Positions 12,058-47,929 of a stretch of DNA of 64,000 nucleotides are shown piece by piece. The notes beneath the pieces were generated by a model, which saw nothing but the letters and a program-made list of their open reading frames with translations, had not been told where the DNA came from and ran no database searches. The translations under genes were made by a program, and so were the position numbers. The DNA comes from Felis catus (taxonomy: Eukaryota). Position 1 is the first letter of the stretch. The number at the start of each line of letters is the position of its first letter. The stretch lies in NCBI RefSeq assembly GCF_018350175.1, contig NC_058383.1:7688001-7752000 (forward strand), given 5' to 3'.

Positions 12058-12339
12058 AGGAGAACATGGGTTTTTGCATTACGAGGCATGTGTTGAGTGG
12101 CGTGGGAATGCGGGGTCCTAGCAAGAATAGAAGCCAGAAAAGAAGCAAAGGAAAAACACGGCTTTTTTCCCTGGGGTTCCTTCAGTTTCCCTGTCTCAGT
12201 CCGAGTCCAACTGGAAGCAACCTCCCAACCAGTACTATGGAAAACGGCTATGATTGCTGCAGAGGCTTGTAGGAGAGCCTAGGACTAAAGTAAAGAAAGA
12301 GGGCTTCCCTGTGGGATGCTGATTCTAGTGATTTGGAGG

Positions 12340-12630
12340 TCTCATTGGGGAGACAGGAACAAAGCCCGAGCTCCAATCAGCCGGGGTCCCCGTCCGGTAC
12401 CTCTGAGTTCCATCATTCGAGCCGGAGTCGCCCGTCAAGTTTTACGTCACTGGGATCAAACCAATCACGTCTTTAAGTGCACCAATCGACGTACGCTTAC
12501 GGCGGAAACGAGGTCGCCCTAGCCAATGACAGGGGCCGTACGGCGGAAGTGTAGAAATGGTCTCTTGGGAAGATGGCAGCCTCAGTCCAGCCACAAGTTG
12601 ATTGGCAGGTGCGGTGACCAGAGGGTAAGC
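12340..12630 (+). promoter_or_regulatory. MOSPD3: MOSPD3 CpG-island promoter and probable non-coding first exon
   Basis: CpG-rich. CCAAT at 12373, 12461, 12482, 12523; ATTGG at about 12344 and 12601; ETS CGGAAGT at 12544-12550; YY1-like AAGATGGC at 12570-12577; donor GAGG|GTAAG at 12625. Confidence 0.7.
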
Positions 12631-13164
12631 CTTACAACTCAAGCGGCTGTTTGGAGGCTGAGGCACGAAAGAGCTGCGGGCCGAGCTCAGGGAGGGTTCG
12701 GAGGCACTTATATAAAGGTCTCCGGAGAGCTAGAGAAAGGGCGGCTCCAGAGGGGGCGGTGCGGCAGGCAAGGTCTGGCCGGAGAGCACTGACGCCCGGA
12801 AGGGGCGGAGCCTGCGGCGGGGCGGGTGGAGCTTTTGGAGCTCGGGAGCCGGGCCAGGAGACGAGGCCCGGGTTGGGAGCAGCTAGGGGCAGGGTTTATG
12901 GGGTGGGCGTGACCATGAGGTGGGGCCTGGGGCGGGGCCTAAAGGGACACGGGCCGAGCTGGAGAGGGGAAGGGTTTGGGGGGACTGGGCCTGGTCTGGA
13001 GGAGCCTCATCTAGCGGGTTTCCGACGCGGCGGCGGCAGCATCAGACCAGGCCCTGTCCCCCGATCTCATTCCGACCCCTTTCTCCTCTCTCGCTCAACA
13101 GCTCTAGACTCCAGGCCCTGTCCCCTGGGCTCTGCCTTCGGATGTCCCACCGTACACAGCCTGC

Positions 13165-15007
13165 ATGCGCCGTGGGGCGCCCCAGGACCAGGAGCTGGTG
13201 GGCCCGGGGGCTCCTGCGCGGGGGTCCCGGGGCGCCCCTCCTCCCTCGGGACTTGTCCCGGTCCTCGTCTTTCCCCCGGACCTAGTATTCAGGGCGGACC
13301 AGCGGAGTGGACCCCGGCAGCTGCTGACCCTCTATAACCCCACGGGAGCTGCGCTTCGCTTCCGAGGTGAATGGATGGGCACCTCATGCTAGGGATCTGG
13401 GTCTGGGGGCAGGACACCAGGGGACTGTGTGGGGCTGGAGGAGTGTGATGAGCAGGGTCAGATATCCAACTTTGGCAGACTGGAAGAATCAGGTCCTGTG
13501 CTCTGGGGTAGAAGGCAAGAGGGACTCTAGTGTCCCTCCCTGGGCAAGCTTGTGTAGGGTCTCTGAAGCAATGGTCGGTCTGTGTGTGCATTTATCCCTC
13601 AGTCCTGTGCACAGCACCTGCCAAATATACGGTGTTTGACGCAGAAGGATACGTGAAACCTCAATCCTGCATTGACATGTGAGTTGGGATGGTTGAGGGG
13701 ACTCGTGGGAGCCAGGGGTTGCAGCTACCTTTGTCTGAATTACCGCGCCCATGCCCTAGGGCTCAGACCTGGGTCTCTTCAACCTTTTCCCCCACCTCTG
13801 TCAGCATCCCTAAGGGAAAAGCTCCTGGGAAGTGGGCCTGGATCCACTTGGATCACTGCCTGTCATTCACTTCCTCACAATGGGCCTCTCTCCTATTTTG
13901 GGACCAGTGTGATTCGCCACGTGGCCCCCATTCCCAGCCACTATGACGTCCAGGACCGCTTCCGCATTGAGCTGTCTGAGGAGGGAGCTGAGGGTCGAGT
14001 GGTGGGGCGCAAGGACATCACCTCGATTCTGAGGGCCCCAGCCTACCCTCTTGAGCTTCAGGGACAGCCTGACCCAACGCCCCACCCAGGGCCTCCTTCC
14101 TGGACAGCACCACCCACGGCCAGACACTTCCCCGAGAGTGAGTTGGGGGATGGGAATTCTTGAGTTCTTGAGCGTTACCCTGGAGATGCACCCAGTTGGA
14201 GTGGAAGGGGTCTTCTGGTTCAGTCTCTTGCTTTTTGGCAGAAGCATTCCTAGGAGTTGAGATTTCATATCAGGTTAGGCAAAACACAGACTTTTGTAGC
14301 TTTCCCTGGTTTCTGGACTCTACTTGGAAAAGTTCTCCCTTGGCTCTAACTTCAGTACTTCCTATCATGTGCCAGCTTAGTTCAGTTCAATATGAAACCC
14401 ATACTGAAGCACTATGCTGTACCAAGTTGTGAGCTGCATATGGGAGACAGAGTTCCTTGCCTGACAATCTTGTCCACAGGAGTCAGTAATGAAGGCAGGG
14501 TGAAGAGAAAAATATGCTGAGGGACCAGAGGATAGAAGGTTTCTTGTAACTGTGGGGACAGAGGCTCCAGGGAGGAGACGACACTTGCAGTATGCCCCCT
14601 GGAAGGCAATAAGAAATAGACACACCTCCTATCTCCAACTTTCATCCTGGAGGACGGTGGGCTGGGCAGGAGGGAGGCTGGAGCTTCTGATGAGCCAGGC
14701 TTGTTTCCCAGACCCCCATCCACAACTGGCCACCAGCTCCTTCCTCCTCTTCTTGCTGACGGGCATAGTCTCCGTGGCCTTCCTGCTGCTCCCGCTCCAG
14801 GACGAACTTGGCAGCCAGCTGCCCCAAATCCTGCACGTCTCCCTGGGACAGAAGTTGGTGGCGGCCTACATCTTGGGTGAGCACAGTAGTGGCTAGGGGC
14901 GTGGGGGCCATGAGGAAGGCTAACAGAGCCCCAAGGCTGCTCATTCGGTCTTGCTCTTCTGTCCTCCTCCTCCAGGCCTCCTCACCATGGTGTTCCTTCG
15001 GACCTGA
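13165..15007 (+). CDS. MOSPD3: Motile sperm domain-containing protein 3 (MSP domain plus C-terminal TM segments), 234 aa
   Basis: Exons 13165-13366 ([15 protein letters not shown]...LRFR), 13603-13678 ([25 protein letters not shown]), 13908-14137, 14712-14876, 14976-15007 (LLTMVFLRT*). Total 705 nt, all GT-AG. AATAAA twice at 15170-15180. Confidence 0.96.
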
Positions 15008-15527
15008 GCTCCCTGCTCAACTTTTACCCACCTCCTGGGGCAGAGATGTGGATGTGTACATGAGACAGCCACTGTGATGCCCCTGCTTTGTTTCAACTTC
15101 TACTCCCTCTTCTTCCTGCCCAGCCTCTCTCCCCAACTACCCAGGGATTTGTATTCATTTTCCAAATTGAATAAAATAAATTTTTGAAATTAAACTAAGA
15201 AATGTAGGAAACAAGCCCCTTTCTTCCCACTTCATTTCTCCAGTTCCTTCTCCCATCCTCAGGGGACTTGGGGCAGTGAAGGGACCCAGTGAGGGTTCTA
15301 GTTCTGGTGCTGCACCAGAAGAAAAACCTGTGTGACCTTGAGCAAGTCATTGAACTTTTCTGAGCTTCTATTTCTACTTCTAAAATGAGGGAATTGGGGA
15401 AGTAGACTTCTTTAAGGTCCTCTTTAGCTCTAAAATAGGGTCCTTTCCCTAGGCTGATGTACTTAAACAACAAAGAAACAAACAAATGCTGCCTAATCCT
15501 ACCTGCTGTAGACATCCAGTTTCAGTC

Positions 15528-15750
15528 CTTTTTTTTTTTTTTTATTAAGTTTCATTTATTTATTCTGAGACCAACAGAGGCAGCACGAATGGGAGAGGGG
15601 CAGAAAAAGACGAGGGAGAGAGAGAGAGAATGAGAGTCCCAAGCAGGTTCTGCACTGCCAGTGCAGAGCCCAACATGGGGCTTGATCTCATGAAACTGTG
15701 AGGTCACGACCTGAGCTGGATGCTTCACCAACCAAACTACCCAGGTGCCC
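15528..15750 (-). mobile_element. Can-SINE
   Basis: Poly-T, (GA)n and CCCAGGTGCCCC head; flanked by a degenerate CATCCAGTYTCA duplication. Confidence 0.85.
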
Positions 15751-16149
15751 CATCCAGTCTCATGCTCTTGAGCCATCAGAGCCTCTTGCCAGGGTTTCCT
15801 AGGTGCTTCCAATACCCAGAATCCTTTTCTGCCTTTTTGACCCTTTATCTGCTTTTGTCTCTTCCTTTATGACTTCAACTCCTGTGAGTCAGAAACACCA
15901 AGGTACCTGCCAAGACTGGGGAAAATGGGATTGCCTGACATAACTTCCAACTCAACCAGGCAGGAGAAACTAAGGCACAGGAAAAGAATAGGATCCTCGA
16001 AAGGTAGGTGTCCAGCCCTCTCTCAGATGCAGGGCAAGGGAGAAGAAAGGAAGAGGGGCAGCCAGTGACACTGGCAGATCGTTGATTGGGGCAAAAATCA
16101 GCAAGACAATGTTAAGACAGACTCCGTCTGTTCTCTGCTTGTTGTCACA

Positions 16150-16712
16150 TCTCTAATCCTCTTGCCTCCTTCTAGAAGGACCTTACTGATGACATACCCC
16201 CACTCCCCCAATCCAGGATAATCTCCCTATTAGTTTGCTAGGGCTACACAGACGGGGGCGGGGGGGCACTTAAACACAAATTAATTTTCTGACAGTTCTA
16301 GAGGCTAGATGTTCAAGAGTAAGGTGGCAACAGATTTGATTTCTCTGGAAGCCTCTCTTTGGCTCACAGATTGCCCCCTTCTCACCATGTCTTTACATGG
16401 CCTTTCCTCTGTGTGTGCACATGCCTGATGTCTCTCCGTGTCCAATTTTCTTAAAAGGACACTGATTGGCTTAGATTAGGTCCACCCTAATGGCTTCATT
16501 TGAACTTAATCACATCTTTAAAGGCTGTGTCTCCAAATACAGACTGAGATATTGGGGGTAGGGCTTCAACATATGAATTTTTGGGGGGGGCACATTTCAG
16601 CTCAAAATACTCCCCATCTCAAGATCCTCAACCCAACCACATCCAAAAAGTCCTTTTTGTTGGGCAAGGTAACATTCACAGGTTTCAGGGATTAGCACAT
16701 GAACATCTCTTT
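16150..16712. mobile_element. Nested ERVL-MaLR (MLT1-type) solo LTRs: inner 16228-16609 inserted in an outer copy
   Basis: Outer AATCCAGGATAATCTCCC|CATCTCAAGATCC...AAGGTAACATTCACAGG is split by inner TATTAGTTTGCTAGGGCT...TTCAGCTCAAAATA. 5-bp TSD CTCCC. Confidence 0.75.
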
Positions 16713-17186
16713 TCCAGATTGCTATTCTGGACAAGGTGAAGGGCTGAGAAACCACTTTGGGAAATTTGTTCCGGACATTATGTCAGAGAAGCAAATAATC
16801 AAGGAGCATCTGACCCTGGTCCAGGCTCCTGAGAACCCACCAAGTCAGGCTCAGGGGGCATAAGAGGGGGGAAGTTTCATCCTGGAACCCAGAGCCTGGG
16901 GCATCGCAAGCTGTACACTAAGAGGCCTTCACTCCCCAGTGTCCTGAGGCGCAGGGTAGGACCTGTCCACATCAAGAGAGGACCGAGTAGCCCAGACACA
17001 GGCCCTAGTATTTATGCAGCTGCCCTTGAGTGAGGGCCAGGGCTGCCGCCACCTGAGATGTGATTAAGGGTAAAGTGGTGCAGGCAGCATTTACACTTCC
17101 CTGCCCTCCTGCAGCATCTACCTTGTTGGACAAAAACTGACCAAAGGGGACCCACGTGGAGAGGTCCCAGGGTGGGTCAGTCTAAC

Positions 17187-17188
<2 letters not shown>

Positions 17189-17229
<41 letters not shown>
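17189..17229. repeat. (GT)n microsatellite
   Basis: About 20 units. Confidence 0.95.
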
Positions 17230-17230
<1 letters not shown>

Positions 17231-18022
17231 CCCCTGCAGTCTCCCAGGGCCTATTCTCAGGAGGCCCCATGTTTGGGGGCTAATGCTCTGTGGTCACCAC
17301 CTTGAAATTCTTAATTTGTTTTATCTTTGAATTTATGTTTTGGGTCTACGGCCATGCCACCTTGAATGCGCCCTATCTCGTCTGAATTTATGTTTTTGGA
17401 AGGACAGTCCGATGGGACAATGGAGAATGTGTGGGGGTCCTGCCGCCCCTGGTCGTGTTCTTACCTGCCAGCTCCCTGCCCCCACCCAGAGACAACTGGT
17501 ACCCTCCTTTCCCAGCAGGGGCCTGGCCCCAGGCACAGGAAAGTTCCAGGTCATGGTCAGGGTCTGGCACGTGCGCCATCCGTACCAAGGTGTGGAGCAG
17601 AGCCCCAGTGCCTATGGGGATCTGCCCCAGGGTATTTCCGTCTGAAGATCCGGACATTAAATAGCAAATTAAAATCCACCATACAGGTTGAAAGACTTGT
17701 AGGAAAGAAAAAGGTTTGTTCATACCTTTTGAACAAGAGGCCCTGAAAATAATGTATCCATCCCTGGTCTCTGGAGAAGCTACAGAGCCAGCTCTCCACC
17801 CACGACGGTCTTTGGAGAAGGGCCCTCCTTATTTCCTTAGGCAGCATCCTTACTTCCTCAGGTAACAGAACAAAGTTTCCCCCATGGAGACAGCATTCCT
17901 GTTTGCATCTTCTTTGGCCCCTCTGCCCAACCCTTCCCTGTCTCAAGGGAGGGAGGATTGGGTGGAGTGAGGGTAAGGAAGAAGCATAAAAGTGCTTATA
18001 AACAACAGATGCCACCAGGTGG

Positions 18023-18028
18023 TTTATT
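18023..18028 (-). terminator. TFR2: TFR2 polyadenylation signal AATAAA
   Basis: Plus-strand TTTATT about 440 nt past the stop codon. Confidence 0.75.
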
Positions 18029-18464
18029 AAGGTCCAAACCCCAGCCCCTCCCACCACAGACCACCTGTTGGCTATAGGCTATGGTTCCAGTCATTCTCCC
18101 ACTAAGCGGACTGGTCATGTCCCAGGACCTAGGAAACCTTCCCGAGTGGTCTCTAGGTGTGGGGGCCCCTTTCCCGAAGGGTAAAGGGCTGTGATGAGGG
18201 AGCGGATGCGGCTCTCTGATTAGCTGACAGTAATGCCGACCCATTGTGGAAGTCACTCCTCACCTACTCCTACATTTCAGGGCCAGGGGTGTGGGTGTCT
18301 GCGCAGGCATCTCGGCTGGGCCCTTTGCAAGGACGGGAAAAGCTAATGAGAAACCGGTCAGCAGTGAGAGGTGGCACTAGGCACCTCTATCACCTAGAAG
18401 TCGCTCAAGCGGGAGAGCAGGAGCTCTCGGCAGGGGCATATGCTCGCCCTGCCCACCGCGGACC

Positions 18465-31454
<12,990 letters not shown>

Positions 31455-31489
31455 GCTCGTGCCCCCTCCTGAGCCTCGCCGGCTGTTCC

Positions 31490-31815
31490 CCCAACAGTGA
31501 TAAACCGTTTGTGGGAGCCCCAAGAGGGCCCCTTATCAGCCCTGGCAGGCAGCCTGAGCCTAGGCCGTTCTTGTCCCCCCCCCCCAAAGGGTGGGGGCAC
31601 AGTCCTGGCCTCAGTCCAGCCTTCCAGATATGAACCCCCAGCCCAGGCCAGAGGACAAGGGGCTGTGCCCTCCCCTGCCAATCCCTCCACAGTCCCACTT
31701 CCGCCCCCTTCCTGCAAAACAATCAATTTTTTTACCTTGGGGCAGACTTTGGCCTCCCAGTTCCCATCAGGGGTGGGGGAAGGGGACTGATGGCTGGGGA
31801 GGGCAAAGATAAGGA
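31490..31815 (-). promoter_or_regulatory. TFR2: TFR2 proximal promoter with erythroid and hepatic motifs
   Basis: WGATAA sites at 31498-31503, 31532-31538 and 31807-31812; CACCC/KLF-type GGGTGGGG boxes; ONECUT-like AATCAAT at 31721-31727; HNF4-like GGCCAAAGTCTG (minus) at 31743-31754. Confidence 0.6.
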
Positions 31816-33197
31816 TGCCCTCTCCTGCTTCCACCCCTCCCAGTGTCCTTGGGGACCCCTTCCTAAGCTCCCCACTATGAAAACCTCACCCCCTCTCAAG
31901 TCATCTGGCTTGCAGGCCCACCAGTGAGTGCCCAGCCGGTCCCTGTAACACATTAGGCTTGGCTGGGGTGATCCTAAGCTGAAGTTGCCTAAGTGGTGTG
32001 ACCTGGGGGTTGGTCTGGCCATGTGAATGCCTATCTCATTGGAATCAGGCTGAAAAGTGGGTCTGGGGCTCCTGCTAACTTCTGGGGAGAGAGGGGCATG
32101 GGTGGGAGCATATGGTCAAGTAGGACCAGTGAGTGCTCCATGTTGGGGTTCTCCTGGATCTGTGAGTCAAGGCCCACCAGGCATTGGTGGGAAGTGTCCT
32201 GGTTAAGGCCTGGGCAGAACTGGGTGATCTTCAACAAGTCATGGTCTTCTCTGGGGCACCTGCGTCTCTTTGGTGACCGGAAGACATGACTTCTACCTCT
32301 TTGGGGTCTGGGCACCCCTGGAACACATCACGGGCACAAACTGCTAAGTTTTACCCACAATTTCACACATGGGATGCAGGTCCTCAAGCCCTGCCGAGGA
32401 TCCCAAGTAGCTCTGGAATAGAAGTGCTCAGGGGCCTCGTGTCGGGTCTCCCTTGGGAAACCTCAGCTCTTACCCAAATTGGGAGAGAGGCTCAGAGCTG
32501 CTGGGGCGCACCAGTGCCCCAGTCTCCGCCCCATTCTTGCCACCGCCAAGAGCCCGGAGAAGGAAGACGAGGCGCAGCCGGCTCACCTGAGCTGCAGGTC
32601 CGGGGGGCTTAGGCACCGCCTCCCACCTGAGGCCCGAAACCCCGCCCACCTAGGGCCCGCCCCAGCCCCGTCCCCTTGGCGAGCCTTCCGCTCCGCCCCT
32701 CCCCTGCCGCGGGGTCTAGTCTCCAGCATCCGTTTCCTGCCCCAACTCGGCTCCTCGCTAGGGGCCCACTTGAGCGACTCTGCTGTGTCCTCGCTACGGG
32801 ATCCTCCCTGGATTCCCCCTTGAAACCCGAGGCTTCTGCGGCTCCTGGATCTCTGTCCCCATCCGCAGACTTTGCCCCGGCGTCCACTGTGGGATCATCA
32901 AAGGACGTAGGTGTGGGCCTTCCTCCCCTCGCTTCCCCCCAGGCTCTTGACCCCACGCCCTCCACCCCCACCAAGCAGGCCAAACTTTTTTTTTTTTTTT
33001 TCTTAAAACATTTTTACTCCTTTCAACCCAGAAACATCACATCTAAGCGGAAGAGAAGGGAGGGGAAGAGACGAGGGCATGGGGGTGGGGGCTTCGATGT
33101 GCGCTTGCGGAGGCCGAGCCGGGAAACCCTCTCCCCGCCTTTTGGCGTCCCCTATCCCACCGCGGCGGGCGGGCGAGTGGGTGTTGAGGGGACGCCC

Positions 33198-45841
<12,644 letters not shown>

Positions 45842-45884
45842 AATGCCCTCTCAGCGCTGCTCACGGCCCGTGGGCGGCGGCGGG

Positions 45885-45912
45885 ATCAGCACCGAGGCGG
45901 CCGGACAGCTCC
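45885..45912 (+). promoter_or_regulatory. Non-canonical (split) RE1/NRSE REST-binding site in the ACTL6B 5'UTR/promoter
   Basis: ATCAGCACC + 9-nt spacer + GGACAGCTCC, i.e. both RE1 half-sites in the correct order. Confidence 0.65.
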
Positions 45913-46040
45913 CGGGATCCCGGGCGGGGCGGGGCGCGCAGTGGCCAATCAGAAGGTCGGATCCCCCGCCCCCAATGGCGCCGCAGATTGGCTGCGAGGC
46001 AAGACAATAACCTGACCGGGGGCCGCTGCTTTAAAGGGGC
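45913..46040 (-). promoter_or_regulatory. ACTL6B: ACTL6B CpG-island core promoter
   Basis: Tandem GGGCGG boxes at about 45922-45935 and three CCAAT/ATTGG boxes at about 45945-45992, immediately upstream of the ATG at 45841. Confidence 0.65.
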
Positions 46041-46688
46041 AGACACCAAAACTTCAAGATTGTGGGGAGGATAGCAAAGACTTTGAGACTGACCCTAAGG
46101 GATAACCAGGTAGAGAGCTGGCTGGCGTACAAAAGAGATGGAAATCTTGTCCACCTGGAGATCAGGACGCCGCAGGATGACTGATGGGGCCCCTGCTTCC
46201 TTACTGTTTTAAATGGGGTCGAGGAGAGGACTCCGTAGTCCTGGAGTCTTCCATTCTCAGGCTCCTGAGCAAGGTTCCGTCATACCCAAGTCTGAATGAA
46301 ATCGCCCGGTGAAGGAGGGAAAGGAAGAAGGGAAGAAGAAAAGAGAGAGGTACAGGAGGGGGTGTGTCTCCATCTTCTCCCTGTTTCTTTCCACCCTCGT
46401 CTTTCTAATGGCCCCTCTTTTCCTCTCCCGTCCCTGGCGCCTGGGCCCTATACATACACACGTTTACCGTGTTCACACATTGGTGCTGAGCTAACCCATC
46501 TTTAGCTTCCTTTCCCCATCTATCTCTCCCCAGCTGTTCTCCTGGCCTGACACCACCTCCACAGCAGTTTTAATAGCAAAGGTCAGGGAGCTGCGTCTAC
46601 AGACTCGCTTAGCTGAGAGACTCTTATGTGATGTGTGCCTGGTATGTATGTGCTTACACGTGTGGGGATATGTGTGCATGTGCATATG

Positions 46689-46725
<37 letters not shown>

Positions 46726-47929
46726 ATACGTGCATGTGAATATGTGTGTGCTGAGGGCACTTCCACCTACTTTCTGGGGTGGGGGGAGAGCATGGAGACC
46801 ATGGATGGCACAGGAAGAGGGTACTGTGTGACAGCCAAAGCCCCTGAAGTTTCTCTGCTCACCAGATGCCCACTCTGGAAGAGATTCCACGTGTCTCCAG
46901 CCAAAGGACAGATAGTTTAAGATGGCTCATTGATTACCTACTGACAACAGCGGCCCTTCACATGCCCAAGGTTGGTTGGGAGTCCAGGCCTAGCTCTTCA
47001 GTCTGGAGGCATTCAGGCTTAAGTGCAAGAGGTGAGCTGTAGGGGAGAGAGCTGACTCAGTGCTGGGAAATTGAAATATTCCTGAGTGAGTTAGTCATTG
47101 GCCTCCATAAATTGAGACCTGGATGAATTGGATGAGCGCCCTCGACCTCTTGGCACCTGCATTCTTCATCTTACAAAATTATTATTATTGTTATTGTTAT
47201 TATTGCTGAGGTGAGGATTACAGGGACACTGGAGTGGAAAGTGATTCTATTCGTGACCTGCACCTCTCCTTTTGTTGACATTTGATGATGTTGCCTCACT
47301 TCCCCTGTAAATTCACCTTGTCAGTTCCCATCACCCCTCCCCTACCTCCATTAGGATCTTAGATTCAGAGACTGCCCCAAGTCAGGAGAAACCTCACTGA
47401 TCCTGGATCCAGCCCCTGGATTTTACAAAGGTTTCTGCAGATTGAAGCAAAGCCCTGTCTTGGGTCACAGAGCCCACTGGGGCAGAGCCAGGACTAGAAC
47501 TTACACCTCTTATCAGCCAGTTGAGAGATGACCTTATTTCATAACACTTTTGTGTCCTGGTCCAAGCTTCACTGTCCCCATCTATAGTACTTCTGGTGGT
47601 AAGGACTCAATCTGATGCCAGAACCAAGTGCTTGGCTAAGAGCTAGGCACACAGGACTAGTCAGTAAACGCTGGTCCTAAGAATGCTCTTGGGGAGTTTT
47701 TGAAGCTTAGGAAAGCTTATTATTCATAAGTTGGAAATCTGTAGTATTGTAATAAGAAGTGAATGTTCCTCTCATAGTTGGTGGAAAAACTATAGCTGGC
47801 CGACTACACAACTGGACTTGATTTACCTCCTAGTTAACGGTGGCCAATTTTCATTTGTCATTCCATTGTATTATGATTGTGTCATATTATGTCAGTTGTT
47901 AAGGTAAAATATTATTACTCTATTTCACT

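Noticed and set aside
17240-17690. Short duplicated TGAATTTATGTTTT and an AT-rich partly complementary segment
   Set aside because: Most likely a degenerate hAT-Tip100-type DNA transposon remnant. I could not define TIRs or a TSD confidently.
18029-18464. Iron-responsive element in the TFR2 3'UTR
   Set aside because: No CAGUG loop (plus-strand CACTG) in this interval, consistent with TFR2 lacking the IREs of TFRC.
46560-47100. NBRE (AAAGGTCA), weak MEF2-like and AP-1 motifs upstream of ACTL6B
   Set aside because: Short motifs expected by chance; no clustering strong enough to call an enhancer from sequence alone.
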